From Candidatus Bathyarchaeia archaeon (GTDB lineage: Archaea; Thermoproteota; CALKCG01; B24), in NCBI GenBank assembly GCA_038870975.1, contig JAVZJD010000001.1, positions 352,001 to 416,000 on the forward strand: a stretch of 64,000 bases of DNA, read 5' to 3'. This document shows, in pieces, positions 9,713 through 19,424 of this stretch. The position numbers and the translations under genes are program-made. The first letter of the stretch is position 1. Each line of letters starts with the position of its first letter. The notes under the pieces were generated by a model, which did no database searches, was not told where the DNA came from, and saw only the letters and a program-made list of their open reading frames with translations.

Positions 9713-10701
9713 GTTTCCTCCCCCTTGGTAAGTTTAACAAATATGTCTTCAAGTGTTGGTTCAGACCTACGTATTGCTGAGAATTTAACGCCCAGTGAGT
9801 AGAGCTTACTAGCTATCAATGGTATGGCCTCATACTCATCGTCGACCTGTAAACGCACTATCACGTTGGACGATTCGTTTTTAGCATCCATAACCTTCTT
9901 AACAATTGACAAATTGGATAGGCTTTTAATGATATTCGATAAATCATCAATTTCTCTAATTTCCACTTCAACAGCGTGAACGTCTCTAAGCATCTCCCTT
10001 AAAACCGAGGGGGGAGCATCAGCTATCACTCTACCATCCTTCATTATGGCTATTCTCTCACACAACTGTTCAACTTCGAACATATTGTGGCTTGTGAATA
10101 CGATTGTTTTCCCTAACTCGCTATTTAAAGCCTTTAGAAGCCTCCTGGTTTCAACAGCGCTGATCGTATCAAGTCCTATCGTCGGCTCATCCATAAATAG
10201 GATCGGTGGATTATGTAGCAGAGCCCTAGCCAACATAACCTTAACCTTCATGCCTGTTGAATAGTCTTTAACAAGCTTCTTACTATCTTTCGTCAGCTCG
10301 AAGAATTCAAGGAGGGCTTTAATCCTCTTCTCAGCCACATCCTTGGGAACGTTCTGTAGATACGCGTAAAACCTCAGATTGTCTTCAGCGTTAAGCCTCC
10401 AGTAAAGCGACCTTCCCCCAGTTTCGCCGTGAAACCAACCGAAGCTACTTCTAACCTTATGGGGTTCTTTAATTATATCATATCCATTTACTTTGGCCGT
10501 CCCCTCGGTTGGAAGTATTATAGTGCACAACATTTTTATAAGCGTCGTCTTCCCTGCACCATTAGGTCCAAGAAGACCGAAAAACTCTCCACGTTTGACT
10601 TTGATGTTCACATGGTCAACTGCCTTGACGTACTGTTTAACGCCCCCCTCCTTATTTTCAAATACTTTTGTTAAATCGAATGTTTCAACAGCGTACTCCA
10701 T
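9709..10701 (-). CDS. ABC transporter ATP-binding protein (DrrA-like exporter)
   Basis: Walker A GPNGAGKTT, signature YSTGM, Walker B ILFMDEP, H-loop SHN, C-terminal PTLEDIF. Confidence 0.92.
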   Translation of the reverse strand: MEYAVETFDLTKVFENKEGGVKQYVKAVDHVNIKVKRGEFFGLLGPNGAGKTTLIKMLCTIILPTEGTAKVNGYDIIKEPHKVRSSFGWFHGETGGRSLYWRLNAEDNLRFYAYLQNVPKDVAEKRIKALLEFFELTKDSKKLVKDYSTGMKVKVMLARALLHNPPILFMDEPTIGLDTISAVETRRLLKALNSELGKTIVFTSHNMFEVEQLCERIAIMKDGRVIADAPPSVLREMLRDVHAVEVEIREIDDLSNIIKSLSNLSIVKKVMDAKNESSNVIVRLQVDDEYEAIPLIASKLYSLGVKFSAIRRSEPTLEDIFVKLTKGEET

Positions 10702-11023
10702 TATTCATCCCGTTTGAGCACTTTATGCATATGAATAGACGCCAACTACCAATTGTCAACCCCTTTCTAAGAAATAGCTAGTTAATAATTTTTTCGTATG
10801 AATGTTGTAGAGAAAAATGCCACTCTAGCATCCGAATAAAAATTCGTATAAAGCAACCATGCATAATGCTCAGGTTAGCCACTAAAAGAATTCTACTATT
10901 CTCCATTTCAATGAAAGCTTATGGAAAGACCGAGGAACAGGGTCGAAAAAGAGCATAAGTAGTAATTCCTCTATTCCATAGACTAACCACCTTCCCAGGT
11001 CTGCGGTAGAAGCCGTTTTGAAA

Positions 11024-11041
11024 TAGACAGAAAACTGTCTA
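11024..11041. terminator. Hairpin TAGACAG-AAAA-CTGTCTA just past the stop of the isomerase gene
   Basis: Perfect 7-bp inverted repeat about 11 nt downstream of the minus-strand stop codon; function inferred. Confidence 0.3.
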
Positions 11042-11052
11042 AACTTAAAAGT

Positions 11053-11877
11053 TTAATGCATCATGCTTAGCCATTCACGTAATTTCTGCACATATTGTGG
11101 TAATACTATTTCTGGTTCTAGTAGTTTTGGATCCCACCTTTTTTCCCACTCTACTATGGCATATCCCCTATACCCTCCTTTCACTAGAATCTCAAGCATC
11201 TTTCTTATCGGGACGTCGCCTTCACCGAGCAATACATACTTTATTCTACCATCTTCTACGATAGAATCTTTAACGTGAATACTAACAGTATACTGGGCTA
11301 TGTTTTTATAGGTTTCCTCTGGCTTTTCCCCCTTAAAACGGTATGGATGGTGTAGATCCCATAGTATGCGTATACGCCTATGGTTAACCTCCTTCATGAG
11401 GCGGGCGCAGAGCGACGTATCAATCCAGTCGTCGTGCGTCTCTAGAGCCAAAGTTATACCATAATCCTCAGCCTCATCTCCAACCTCCCGTAGATTCTGT
11501 ACAATTATCGGCATTATAGTTTCAACATTATAGCCACTGGGTATTCTACCCCCATATATGCGGACAACTGGAGCACTCAAATTAGCAGCGAGTACTATAT
11601 TACGCTTAGCTTCATCAAACTGTTCTCTTCTTTCACCTGAGTCTATAACAACAAAACGAGCGGATGTAGAGATTCCGGAAACAGAGATGCCATAATCTGC
11701 AAGAAGTTTCTTTGTTTTACCAAGCTCTGTCGTAAATTCCGGACGTCTAGTTATATCTAAATCCTCAAGTAGGCCGCGGAACTCGACGCCGTCATAACCC
11801 ATTTCAGCGGCACTTCTAACTATCTTATGTAGATCCCAGTTGGGACAGCCTAAAGTACTAAATGATAACTTTATCAC
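11053..11877 (-). CDS. Sugar phosphate isomerase/epimerase (xylose-isomerase-like TIM barrel)
   Basis: KLSFSTLGCP, GVEFR, LETHD, WDLHH, IHVKD and VEWE metal motifs. Start re-placed at GTG 11877, which follows a GGAGGAGGT ribosome-binding site. Confidence 0.85.
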   Translation of the reverse strand: MIKLSFSTLGCPNWDLHKIVRSAAEMGYDGVEFRGLLEDLDITRRPEFTTELGKTKKLLADYGISVSGISTSARFVVIDSGERREQFDEAKRNIVLAANLSAPVVRIYGGRIPSGYNVETIMPIIVQNLREVGDEAEDYGITLALETHDDWIDTSLCARLMKEVNHRRIRILWDLHHPYRFKGEKPEETYKNIAQYTVSIHVKDSIVEDGRIKYVLLGEGDVPIRKMLEILVKGGYRGYAIVEWEKRWDPKLLEPEIVLPQYVQKLREWLSMMH

Positions 11878-12292
11878 GATACCTCCTCCGCCACTAATCA
11901 TTCTAAACCTATGGAGAATATTAAATATTCTCTCATTTTCCCCATTACATGAGATACCTGCTTTAAATAATAAACGATCAATAGAGCGGATAATCGTAAA
12001 TGACACTCATCAAAAGCATCATTTGGTTAAAAAAAACCATGCCGAAGCCCTGCACGTTTATTAAGCCTACGTCTCTAGCTACTGTAATAGCTCTAACAAC
12101 ATCTGTCTGACCAAAACTGTAGGTGTAAATCGATTAGTTGCGTGATTGAAATCAGAGACATTGAAATAGAAGAGAACTTTGAAGATATCCCCCTTCATTA
12201 ACTCATAATATCCACTTTTAAATTTTGGCTCTATCTTTTAAATTCTAGGAATATAATTAAGGAAAGGATAAGATCTAGACCTGAAAATGTAA

Positions 12293-12367
12293 CGCCCTGG
12301 GCGGGATTTGAACCCGCGTCCAGCGGGCGACAGCCGCTGATGCTAGGCCGGGCTACACCACCAGGGC
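12293..12367 (-). tRNA. tRNA-Asp(GUC), intron-less, CCA not encoded
   Basis: Reverse complement folds as a cloverleaf: GCCCTGG acceptor stem, AGCGG-CTGTCGC-CCGCT anticodon arm, GCGGG-TTCAAAT-CCCGC T arm, discriminator G. Confidence 0.97.
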
Positions 12368-12517
12368 TTCTCTTACCACTACTTTAGAATTTCACTCTGA
12401 TTTTTAAGCTTTCCTCTTCTGTAAGAATTCATATTGTTATTGTACAGTAATTGGTTTTGCTCCGAGATGTTCATGGGCAGGTTTAAATGTTGGGGGGTTA
12501 AATTTAACAGGTTTTAA

Positions 12518-13576
12518 GTGATACTTCTTTTTATGAGCCTTGAAGATTTGGCGTTTAAATTTAAGCGGTATGGTGCTACTGTTGATCTCTACTCGGCCAA
12601 TGGCTCTATTCTGATCTCAGAATACGGTGGAAGGATCATAGGTGTTTCTGTTAATGGCTCTCCAAACCTCCTATGGGTTAATCCAAACCTTGAAAAAGTT
12701 CTTGAGGATGGGGGTTTTAACGTAGGTGGACTTAGAGTTTGGGTTTCTCCTGAGAGAAACTTCTTCTATAAGAATCCTGAGGTGTTTGGGGAATGGTTCT
12801 GCCCTAGTGAGCTAGACCCTGGAAACTTTAGAATAGTAGATTTTACAAAGTCCTCAGCTACTCTTGAGTCTAAGTTTAAGCTTAGAGACATATTGAATAA
12901 TGAATTACTCAACATAACCATCGTAAGAGATATAGTGGTCGAGGATGCGGATGACTGTGGCCTAGCAATTCATGTCAGAGAATCTTTAATTGCTTCAGGT
13001 TTTCGTAAGAGCAGGATAAGTTTATGGGCTTTAGCTCAAGTCTATCCAGGGCGTGGAGGTATTGGAACAGTTGCAGTACCTGTTAGGCGGAAAGCCGAAC
13101 CCATACACTACTTCGGACCTATACCTAAGAATAGGCTGAAGGTGACAGATAATCACATAGCTTTCCTGATAGATGGAGGCCATGTTTGTAAGCTCGGGGT
13201 TAAACCTGAGGACTTTAGATTTAGAGGCTGGGCTTCCATAGGATATTTTGCTGAAGCGCCCTGGAGCGATGGAAAAGCCTTCATCATAACGATGGAAACG
13301 TGTTGCGCGCCTAGATTTCAAGCGGAATGTTTAGATGTAGCTAAAGCAGATCCAGAAGGAGCTAAAGCAGCCGTTCAATCTTACAATTCCGGTCCAAATG
13401 CCGAATGGCTTAAATTTGGTGAAATAGAGCTTCAATTTCCAGCATCAACTTTAACTAATGGAATACAGTTTTCAACGGCCTCCTATACGGTTAAAGCATA
13501 TGTAGGAGGCTTAGAGGAAACCTTAGAAAAATTCAGAGAAGTTCTGAAGATATCAAATATTTATCCACTTCAATAA
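12518..13576 (+). CDS. Hypothetical protein, probable mutarotase-like beta-supersandwich (DUF6786/DUF4380-like)
   Basis: YGGRIIG...NLLWVNP, GGLRVWVSPE.NFF and C-terminal F.EIELQ pattern, recognised by eye. Confidence 0.5.
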   Translation: MILLFMSLEDLAFKFKRYGATVDLYSANGSILISEYGGRIIGVSVNGSPNLLWVNPNLEKVLEDGGFNVGGLRVWVSPERNFFYKNPEVFGEWFCPSELDPGNFRIVDFTKSSATLESKFKLRDILNNELLNITIVRDIVVEDADDCGLAIHVRESLIASGFRKSRISLWALAQVYPGRGGIGTVAVPVRRKAEPIHYFGPIPKNRLKVTDNHIAFLIDGGHVCKLGVKPEDFRFRGWASIGYFAEAPWSDGKAFIITMETCCAPRFQAECLDVAKADPEGAKAAVQSYNSGPNAEWLKFGEIELQFPASTLTNGIQFSTASYTVKAYVGGLEETLEKFREVLKISNIYPLQ

Positions 13577-13818
13577 TATTCACACCTATTTTTACCATCA
13601 GATTGCTCTTGGTATTCCAGCTTAAATATCCATGAGTATTGCATGTGAATATCTAAAAACGCCCCCATACATACTGTTAACAGTTTCCAATTAAACACTA
13701 GAGCGCTTAACTTCAAAGCCGTATTCCATCCAGTAAACGGTGGAAGTAGTTCTAAGCTAATGGTTATAGAGCTAAAGTTTTAAAATCTCAGACGCTTAAT
13801 TACACTTAAGAGAAGACA

Positions 13819-14811
13819 TTGGAAACCTTACTTCTCACAGATGAAGAGGTGGGAAAGCTTCTTTCAATGGATGAAGTCATGAAAGCCGTTGAGCAGGCAT
13901 TTGTTGAGAAAAGCCTTGGGAGAACACAGATGCCGACTAAAGTCTACTTATTCTACCATAAGTATAATGGTGACTTAAGAGTTATGCCATCTTACCTTGA
14001 AGACTACGACATTTCATCCGTTAAAATTGTCAATTCACATCCAGAGAATAGGGTGAAATATAATCTACCAACTGTAATGGCAGTTGTAGTTCTTATAGAC
14101 CCTAGAAATGGGTTTCCCCTAGCCATAATGGGCGGTAAAACCATAACAGATATTAGAACTGGCGCAGCCGGAGGCATTGCTGCAAAATACCTTGCGAGGA
14201 GGGATTCAAGAATCGTAGGATTTGTAGGAGCCGGAGCACAGGCTAGGACTCAGCTGTTTGCTCTTCTTAAAGTCTATGGGGGATTTGATGAGGTCAGAGT
14301 TTGGGGGCTTCATGGAACTGCTGAAGAATTCGCCATTGAAATGCAGTCTAAGTACGGTGATAGATGTACAATAGTTCCTGTTAAAACTGTGAAAGAGGCA
14401 GTTGAAGGTGCTGACATTGTTGTAACAGCAACACCCTCAAGACAACCTTTAGTAATGGAAGACATGGTTTCTCCAGGTATGCACTTCAACTGTATAGGAG
14501 CAGATGCCCCTGGAAAGGAGGAACTCGATCCAGCCATTCTTAAGAAGGCTAAAATCGTTGTCGACGATTTAATGCAAGCCTCCCATGGTGGAGAGATAAA
14601 CGTCCCCCTAAGCCGTGGATTAATAAGAATAGAGGATGTTTGGGCTGAAATAGGCGAAGTAATTGCCGGGTTGAAGAAGGGACGGGAAAATCCGAGTGAG
14701 ATAACAATTTTCTCTTCAACAGGGTTAGCTGTTCAGGACGCTGTTACCGCAAAAATCGCATACGATAAGGCTTTAGAGAAAGGCGTTGGTAGATTCATTA
14801 AGATAGTATAA
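13819..14811 (+). CDS. ala: Archaeal alanine dehydrogenase (ornithine cyclodeaminase/mu-crystallin family)
   Basis: GDLRVMPSYL, VKIVNSHP.N, RTGAAGG, GAGAQA, IGADAPGKEELD, STGLAVQD. Confidence 0.88.
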   Translation: METLLLTDEEVGKLLSMDEVMKAVEQAFVEKSLGRTQMPTKVYLFYHKYNGDLRVMPSYLEDYDISSVKIVNSHPENRVKYNLPTVMAVVVLIDPRNGFPLAIMGGKTITDIRTGAAGGIAAKYLARRDSRIVGFVGAGAQARTQLFALLKVYGGFDEVRVWGLHGTAEEFAIEMQSKYGDRCTIVPVKTVKEAVEGADIVVTATPSRQPLVMEDMVSPGMHFNCIGADAPGKEELDPAILKKAKIVVDDLMQASHGGEINVPLSRGLIRIEDVWAEIGEVIAGLKKGRENPSEITIFSSTGLAVQDAVTAKIAYDKALEKGVGRFIKIV

Positions 14812-14857
14812 GTTTCGTTTCTCATGGAGGGATAAAAGCCATAGTCCAATGAGAAAA

Positions 14858-16201
14858 TTAAAGTATGGAGCAGATGCTTTCACATACGATTCTAGCGGTA
14901 TCATAGCCTAGAGAATTTACCTCTCCATAGGGAGGTTCTGGAGAATTGTTCAACCACGGTGGATTCTCGTCCCACTCGCACATCGGTACTATATAGCCTA
15001 TTTCATCATCAGCTAAACCTATAATGAACTTATATTTCCCACGCATATTATGACGTATTATAGGTTCAAAGGGTGCTTCTGGGAAATCCGCACCTGGGAG
15101 TCTGGTAATCCCTCCGTTTACAAGCTCGGGGTATATTTCACCAGGGATTAGAGCTACTTGAACAGGCCCTATGTTTAAAGCGCCAACTTCACTTAAAACG
15201 TCTTCGCCTAAAACGATCTTCACTTTTCCAAACTCAGAAGTATTCAGATATTCTGTTCTATCGTCAACCTCCCCCCTAGTATACACAGGTCGCTTTAAAA
15301 CACCAGTCCCCGCTAATATCCTGAAAAACCTGTTTCTAAGGGGTATGAATATCTTCTTAAATTTCACCTGAATTGGAGCGTCTTTAACCTCCTCCCCCTT
15401 CTCAAAAGCCTCTAAAGCTATATCTGCTACTCTTAAACCTAAAACCTCCATCTCCCTAAAGGTCTTATGTTCAACTTTTACATGCGTCTCTGGATCTATT
15501 AGAGGCTTCTCAATATCCAATGGAGATAGGAGACCTCCTATAGCTCCGTTAACATATACAGCTCCTCCACCCACCTCTCCCTCAATTTTATCGCATATAA
15601 TGCCCGGGAAGTCTGCTGTTATCAGCCTATTAGCTCCTCCTAGGGTTTCGGGGTGATTACTCCATTGTATAAGTGTGAAAACGCCTTCGCCAGTTGAATC
15701 GACGGCCCTTAAGATATTCAACGTCGGGTCTTTAACTATTGGCGGCCTTCCATCTCCTTGCATACTCATAAGTTCTTCACGTGCATCTGCGGAGACGGAT
15801 AAACGTACAGGCTTCATGCTTCCTAAAGCTCTACTTATGCATAGGCGGATTTTATTGATAAGTAGATTCATATAATCCGGGTTTAACCCGCTTGTAAAGA
15901 TACCAGGACCCCATAATCCAAGTGTATCTGGTCCATTGTGGTTATGCGTTGAAGCTATTATGAGCGCCGTATTCTCAAATTCTCTCCTAAGCTTTAAAAC
16001 GTAAGGCTCATAAAATAGCCCTATAAGGTCTAAGGATACTAGGACTACCGTGGTTTTACCGTCGCTTAAGGATAGACATCTAGCCCAAAGCCTGTCGTGG
16101 ATGCCCTCTGCTATTCTATTTCTACCGAAGCCTGCTAAGAAAACCTTCTTATCTAAGCTTGGTGTGATATCTTCCTTCGAGAAGCCCGCTAGGAAACCCA
16201 A
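14858..16201 (-). CDS. Neutral/alkaline ceramidase-like Zn amidohydrolase
   Basis: GIHDRLWAR, STHNHNGPD, NHPE, NGAIG, PGEIYPE, DEIGYI. Confidence 0.7.
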   Translation of the reverse strand: MGFLAGFSKEDITPSLDKKVFLAGFGRNRIAEGIHDRLWARCLSLSDGKTTVVLVSLDLIGLFYEPYVLKLRREFENTALIIASTHNHNGPDTLGLWGPGIFTSGLNPDYMNLLINKIRLCISRALGSMKPVRLSVSADAREELMSMQGDGRPPIVKDPTLNILRAVDSTGEGVFTLIQWSNHPETLGGANRLITADFPGIICDKIEGEVGGGAVYVNGAIGGLLSPLDIEKPLIDPETHVKVEHKTFREMEVLGLRVADIALEAFEKGEEVKDAPIQVKFKKIFIPLRNRFFRILAGTGVLKRPVYTRGEVDDRTEYLNTSEFGKVKIVLGEDVLSEVGALNIGPVQVALIPGEIYPELVNGGITRLPGADFPEAPFEPIIRHNMRGKYKFIIGLADDEIGYIVPMCEWDENPPWLNNSPEPPYGEVNSLGYDTARIVCESICSIL

Positions 16202-16268
16202 AGCCGATCAACATAACCGTATCCAGTTATCCGTATATAAAACTAGCCACTTTAAGAGGGTAATTTTA

Positions 16269-16290
16269 AATATTAGGTCTACCTAACATT
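16269..16290. promoter_or_regulatory. DtxR/MntR-type operator AATATTAGGT-CT-ACCTAACATT overlapping the feo promoter
   Basis: 9/10 inverted repeat with a TTAGG-N4-CCTAA core, abutting the TATA-like TTTTAAAT (16264-16271) upstream of feoA/feoB; a DtxR gene is adjacent. Confidence 0.7.
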
Positions 16291-16325
16291 TTTAGAAAAG
16301 TTGATTGCGTAAAGGGTAGTGCGCT

Positions 16326-16931
16326 ATGGAGTTCAGAGAAGTAATCGTAGAACTTATGGAGTTTATCGTTGAAAACAACGGTAGATTAAACTTAGATGAA
16401 GCTTCTAGCAAACTTAACAGACCGAAGGAAGAATTAGTTAAAGCCCTAGACGAAGCCCTAAGCAAAGGTTTAATCCGTAGAATCGATGAGCAATTTAAAC
16501 TCACCGTTTCAGGTGAAAGTCTTCTAGAGTCGCATAGAGAAGAACACCTCCATAGAATGGTACATAGCTACGTAGAGGAGACGACCCTAGATAGGGTTCG
16601 TAACTGGAGCCACCACTGGCGTTTAAGACACGGATTTAGCGTAGAAGACTTGAACACTATGAGAAGCGATCTTAAAGCGATTCCAGCCAGAATAGAAGAA
16701 ATAGCTCCACTAAGTACTCTATCTGAGGGTGAACGTGGCAAAATTGTCTATATTTACGGAGGGAGGGGTCTCGTAAGACGACTAGCCGATATGGGTTTGA
16801 CTCCAGGAATTGAAGTTGTAGTCTTAAGAAGGGCCTTCCTAAACGGTCCTGTCGAAATAACTGTTAGAGGTACGAATCTAGCCTTAGGTTATGGTGTAGC
16901 TAAGAGGGTATTCATTAAGAGGGTTTCATAA
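16326..16931 (+). CDS. feoA: FeoA-domain protein fused to an N-terminal wHTH and a His-rich linker
   Basis: C-terminal RRLADMGLTPG...GPVEITVRG..LALG FeoA motif; N-terminal wHTH ending KLTVSG; directly upstream of feoB. Confidence 0.8.
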   Translation: MEFREVIVELMEFIVENNGRLNLDEASSKLNRPKEELVKALDEALSKGLIRRIDEQFKLTVSGESLLESHREEHLHRMVHSYVEETTLDRVRNWSHHWRLRHGFSVEDLNTMRSDLKAIPARIEEIAPLSTLSEGERGKIVYIYGGRGLVRRLADMGLTPGIEVVVLRRAFLNGPVEITVRGTNLALGYGVAKRVFIKRVS

Positions 16932-16932
16932 T

Positions 16933-18879
16933 ATGTCTGAGTCTAAAACCGCCATAAGAATAGCTTTAGCCGCTAATGCTAATACGGGTAAATCCACCTT
17001 CTTTAATCAAGTGACTGGGGCTTCTCAACACGTTGGAAATTGGCCTGGTAAAACAGTTGAAAAAGTAGAAGGGTTTGTTAAATTCGGCCCATATGATGTA
17101 TACATTCTAGACCTACCAGGCACGTATTCGCTCTCCGCGTATAGTGAGGAGGAAATGGTGGCTAGGGAATACATAGCTATCCATAAGCCAGACGTAGTAT
17201 TGAATATAATCGATGCATCTGCTATTGAAAGAAACCTCTACTTAACGGTACAGCTTTTAGAGCTTGAAACCCCCTTAGTCGTAGCTTTAAACATGGTCGA
17301 TATTGCAGCTAAGAAAGGTTTTAAAATAAACATTGAACGTTTTTCTGAAATTTTGGGAGTCCCAGTCATACCTATGGTTGCAGTATCCGGTCGAGGCGTT
17401 GGTGAAGCATTGAGTGTGGCGGTTGAAGTAGCACTTGGTAGAATCAAAATCTCACCAATTAAGGTTGTATATGGTTTGGAGGTAGAGAAGGCGTTAGCTA
17501 AACTTACTAATGAGCTGCAGGAGAAACTTCCCAGTCTATGTAAGATGTATCCTGCTAGATGGCTGGCTATCAAAATCCTAGAGGAAGATGAGGATATTTT
17601 AAGAAAAGTTGCCAGCGAGCCAAGGGGATCCGAAGTAATAAAAACATCCGAGAAGGTCATTGGAGAACTTGAAGCAATCCATGGAGAGCCGATTCAAGTA
17701 ATAATAGCTTCAGAACGGTACGCGTTTATAAATCGTATAGTTAAAGAGGTTTTAACAGTTGAGAAAGAGCCTTTGATAACGTTTGGAGAACGTTTAGACC
17801 TATTAACAACTCACATGGTTTGGGGCTACTTTCTTTTGGCGGTGATAATGTCCTCTGTCTTCGCTTCAGTTTTCATAGTTGGTGGACTCCTAAGCACCCT
17901 CCTAGAGCATTATTTTTCTATTCTAGTAATTCCTTTACTACCTGAAGGCTCGGGTTTTATCCGTGGTCTTGAAGACGGTCTGATAGCAGGAGTAATTTTA
18001 GTAATCCCCTACGTAATACCGTTCTATTTTATATTGTTCTTTCTGGAGAATTCCGGCTATCTTCCAAGAGCAGCTTTCCTTCTGGATGCTCTTATGCACA
18101 AAATCGGTCTTCACGGTAAAGCATTCATCCCTCTTCTTCTCGGATATGGTTGTAATGTTCCAGCATGCTTAGGATGTAGGATAATGGAGACTGGTAGGGA
18201 GAAGCTTATACTGGGTTTAATGATTACAATGATCCCCTGTGCAGCTAGAACGATAGTTATTTTAACTCTAGTTGGAGAATACCTAGGTGTACACGTAGCT
18301 CTTGCAATATACGCGTTGGATTTAATAGTGGTGTTCATCATAGGGAAGATGGCAAGTGCGGTCTTACCGGGCAGTCCTATTGGTTTAATAATGGAGATGC
18401 CTCCCTATAGAATACCTAGTTTAAAAGTAATAGCTGTTGAAACTTATGTTAGAGTTAAAGACTTCATAGTCATGGCTTTTCCACTTCTCATAGTTGGAAG
18501 CGGCGTCGTAGGTTTGCTGAACGACTTAAATTTGCTGAAGGAGTTATCAAATATCCTCAGCCCAGGTTTAAACCTACTTGGACTACCCAGCGTAACAGGT
18601 ATACCTTTAATCTTCGGGATTCTACGTAAGGAGCTTACGATAGCAATGCTTGCCGAAGCAGCGGGAACTACAGACTTCAACGCAGTTTTAACACATAGGC
18701 AGATGGTGGTATTCAGCGTATTTACAATACTCTACATACCCTGTATAGCTACGATAGTAGCAATGTTTAAAGAGTATGGCTTCACCAAAACAATTCTGAT
18801 AACGTTGACTAATATAGCCGTCGCCATAACTGTATCAGCCTTAGCAAACATAATCCTAACATCTATAGGTGTAGTCTAG
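16933..18879 (+). CDS. feoB: Ferrous iron transporter FeoB
   Basis: G1 ANANTGKS, VGNWPGKTVE, DLPGTYSL, NMVD; membrane domain GYGCNVPA, IPCAAR, YIPCIAT. Confidence 0.96.
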   Translation: MSESKTAIRIALAANANTGKSTFFNQVTGASQHVGNWPGKTVEKVEGFVKFGPYDVYILDLPGTYSLSAYSEEEMVAREYIAIHKPDVVLNIIDASAIERNLYLTVQLLELETPLVVALNMVDIAAKKGFKINIERFSEILGVPVIPMVAVSGRGVGEALSVAVEVALGRIKISPIKVVYGLEVEKALAKLTNELQEKLPSLCKMYPARWLAIKILEEDEDILRKVASEPRGSEVIKTSEKVIGELEAIHGEPIQVIIASERYAFINRIVKEVLTVEKEPLITFGERLDLLTTHMVWGYFLLAVIMSSVFASVFIVGGLLSTLLEHYFSILVIPLLPEGSGFIRGLEDGLIAGVILVIPYVIPFYFILFFLENSGYLPRAAFLLDALMHKIGLHGKAFIPLLLGYGCNVPACLGCRIMETGREKLILGLMITMIPCAARTIVILTLVGEYLGVHVALAIYALDLIVVFIIGKMASAVLPGSPIGLIMEMPPYRIPSLKVIAVETYVRVKDFIVMAFPLLIVGSGVVGLLNDLNLLKELSNILSPGLNLLGLPSVTGIPLIFGILRKELTIAMLAEAAGTTDFNAVLTHRQMVVFSVFTILYIPCIATIVAMFKEYGFTKTILITLTNIAVAITVSALANIILTSIGVV

Positions 18880-18906
18880 ATAACAATCTTAAGCCTTCAA
18901 ATGGTA

Positions 18907-19332
18907 TTATTTTTCACAGCAGAAGCTTCTAAAGGATTCAAGTAACTTAGGGCTTTCAGGATGTACCTGGATAAACTCTATGAACTTTGAAAGTCTGTTC
19001 ATAGTTTCATGGTGGATGTGATGCTCTATTTTACAAGCATCTTCTTCTGCTATTTCCTCGCTTACACCTAGCAGTTGGAGAAAACCCTTGAGAATATTGT
19101 GCTTTTTCATTACTTTCACTGCTTCAACCTCACCTTCAGCAGTAAGCTGAATATTCCTCTTGTAAGGCTTATATGTAACAAGACCTCTATCTGCAAGCCT
19201 TTGAACCATCTCCGTAGCTGTAGGAGCTTTAACCTTTAAAGCTGAAGATATGTCAGAAATCCTAACTCTCTGCTTCCTCTTAGTAAGTAGATATATTGCT
19301 TCAAGGTAGTTTTCCATAGCCTCAGTAGACAC
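18907..19332 (-). CDS. DtxR/MntR family metal-dependent repressor (no FeoA domain)
   Basis: ENYLEAIY, wHTH, KH..L..FL and EEDACKIEHH metal-site motif. Confidence 0.92.
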   Translation of the reverse strand: MSTEAMENYLEAIYLLTKRKQRVRISDISSALKVKAPTATEMVQRLADRGLVTYKPYKRNIQLTAEGEVEAVKVMKKHNILKGFLQLLGVSEEIAEEDACKIEHHIHHETMNRLSKFIEFIQVHPESPKLLESFRSFCCEK

Positions 19333-19424
19333 CTAAATCAATCCTCAATAAATTTAACTATCAACTTAGATAAAAGAATTTCAACTCTAGAAACTATTAA
19401 ATGGAAAAGTTATCCGCGTTCCTC

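Noticed and set aside
11878-12006. N-terminal extension of the isomerase ORF
   Set aside because: A strong ribosome-binding site and a family-typical start at GTG 11877; the extension looks non-coding.
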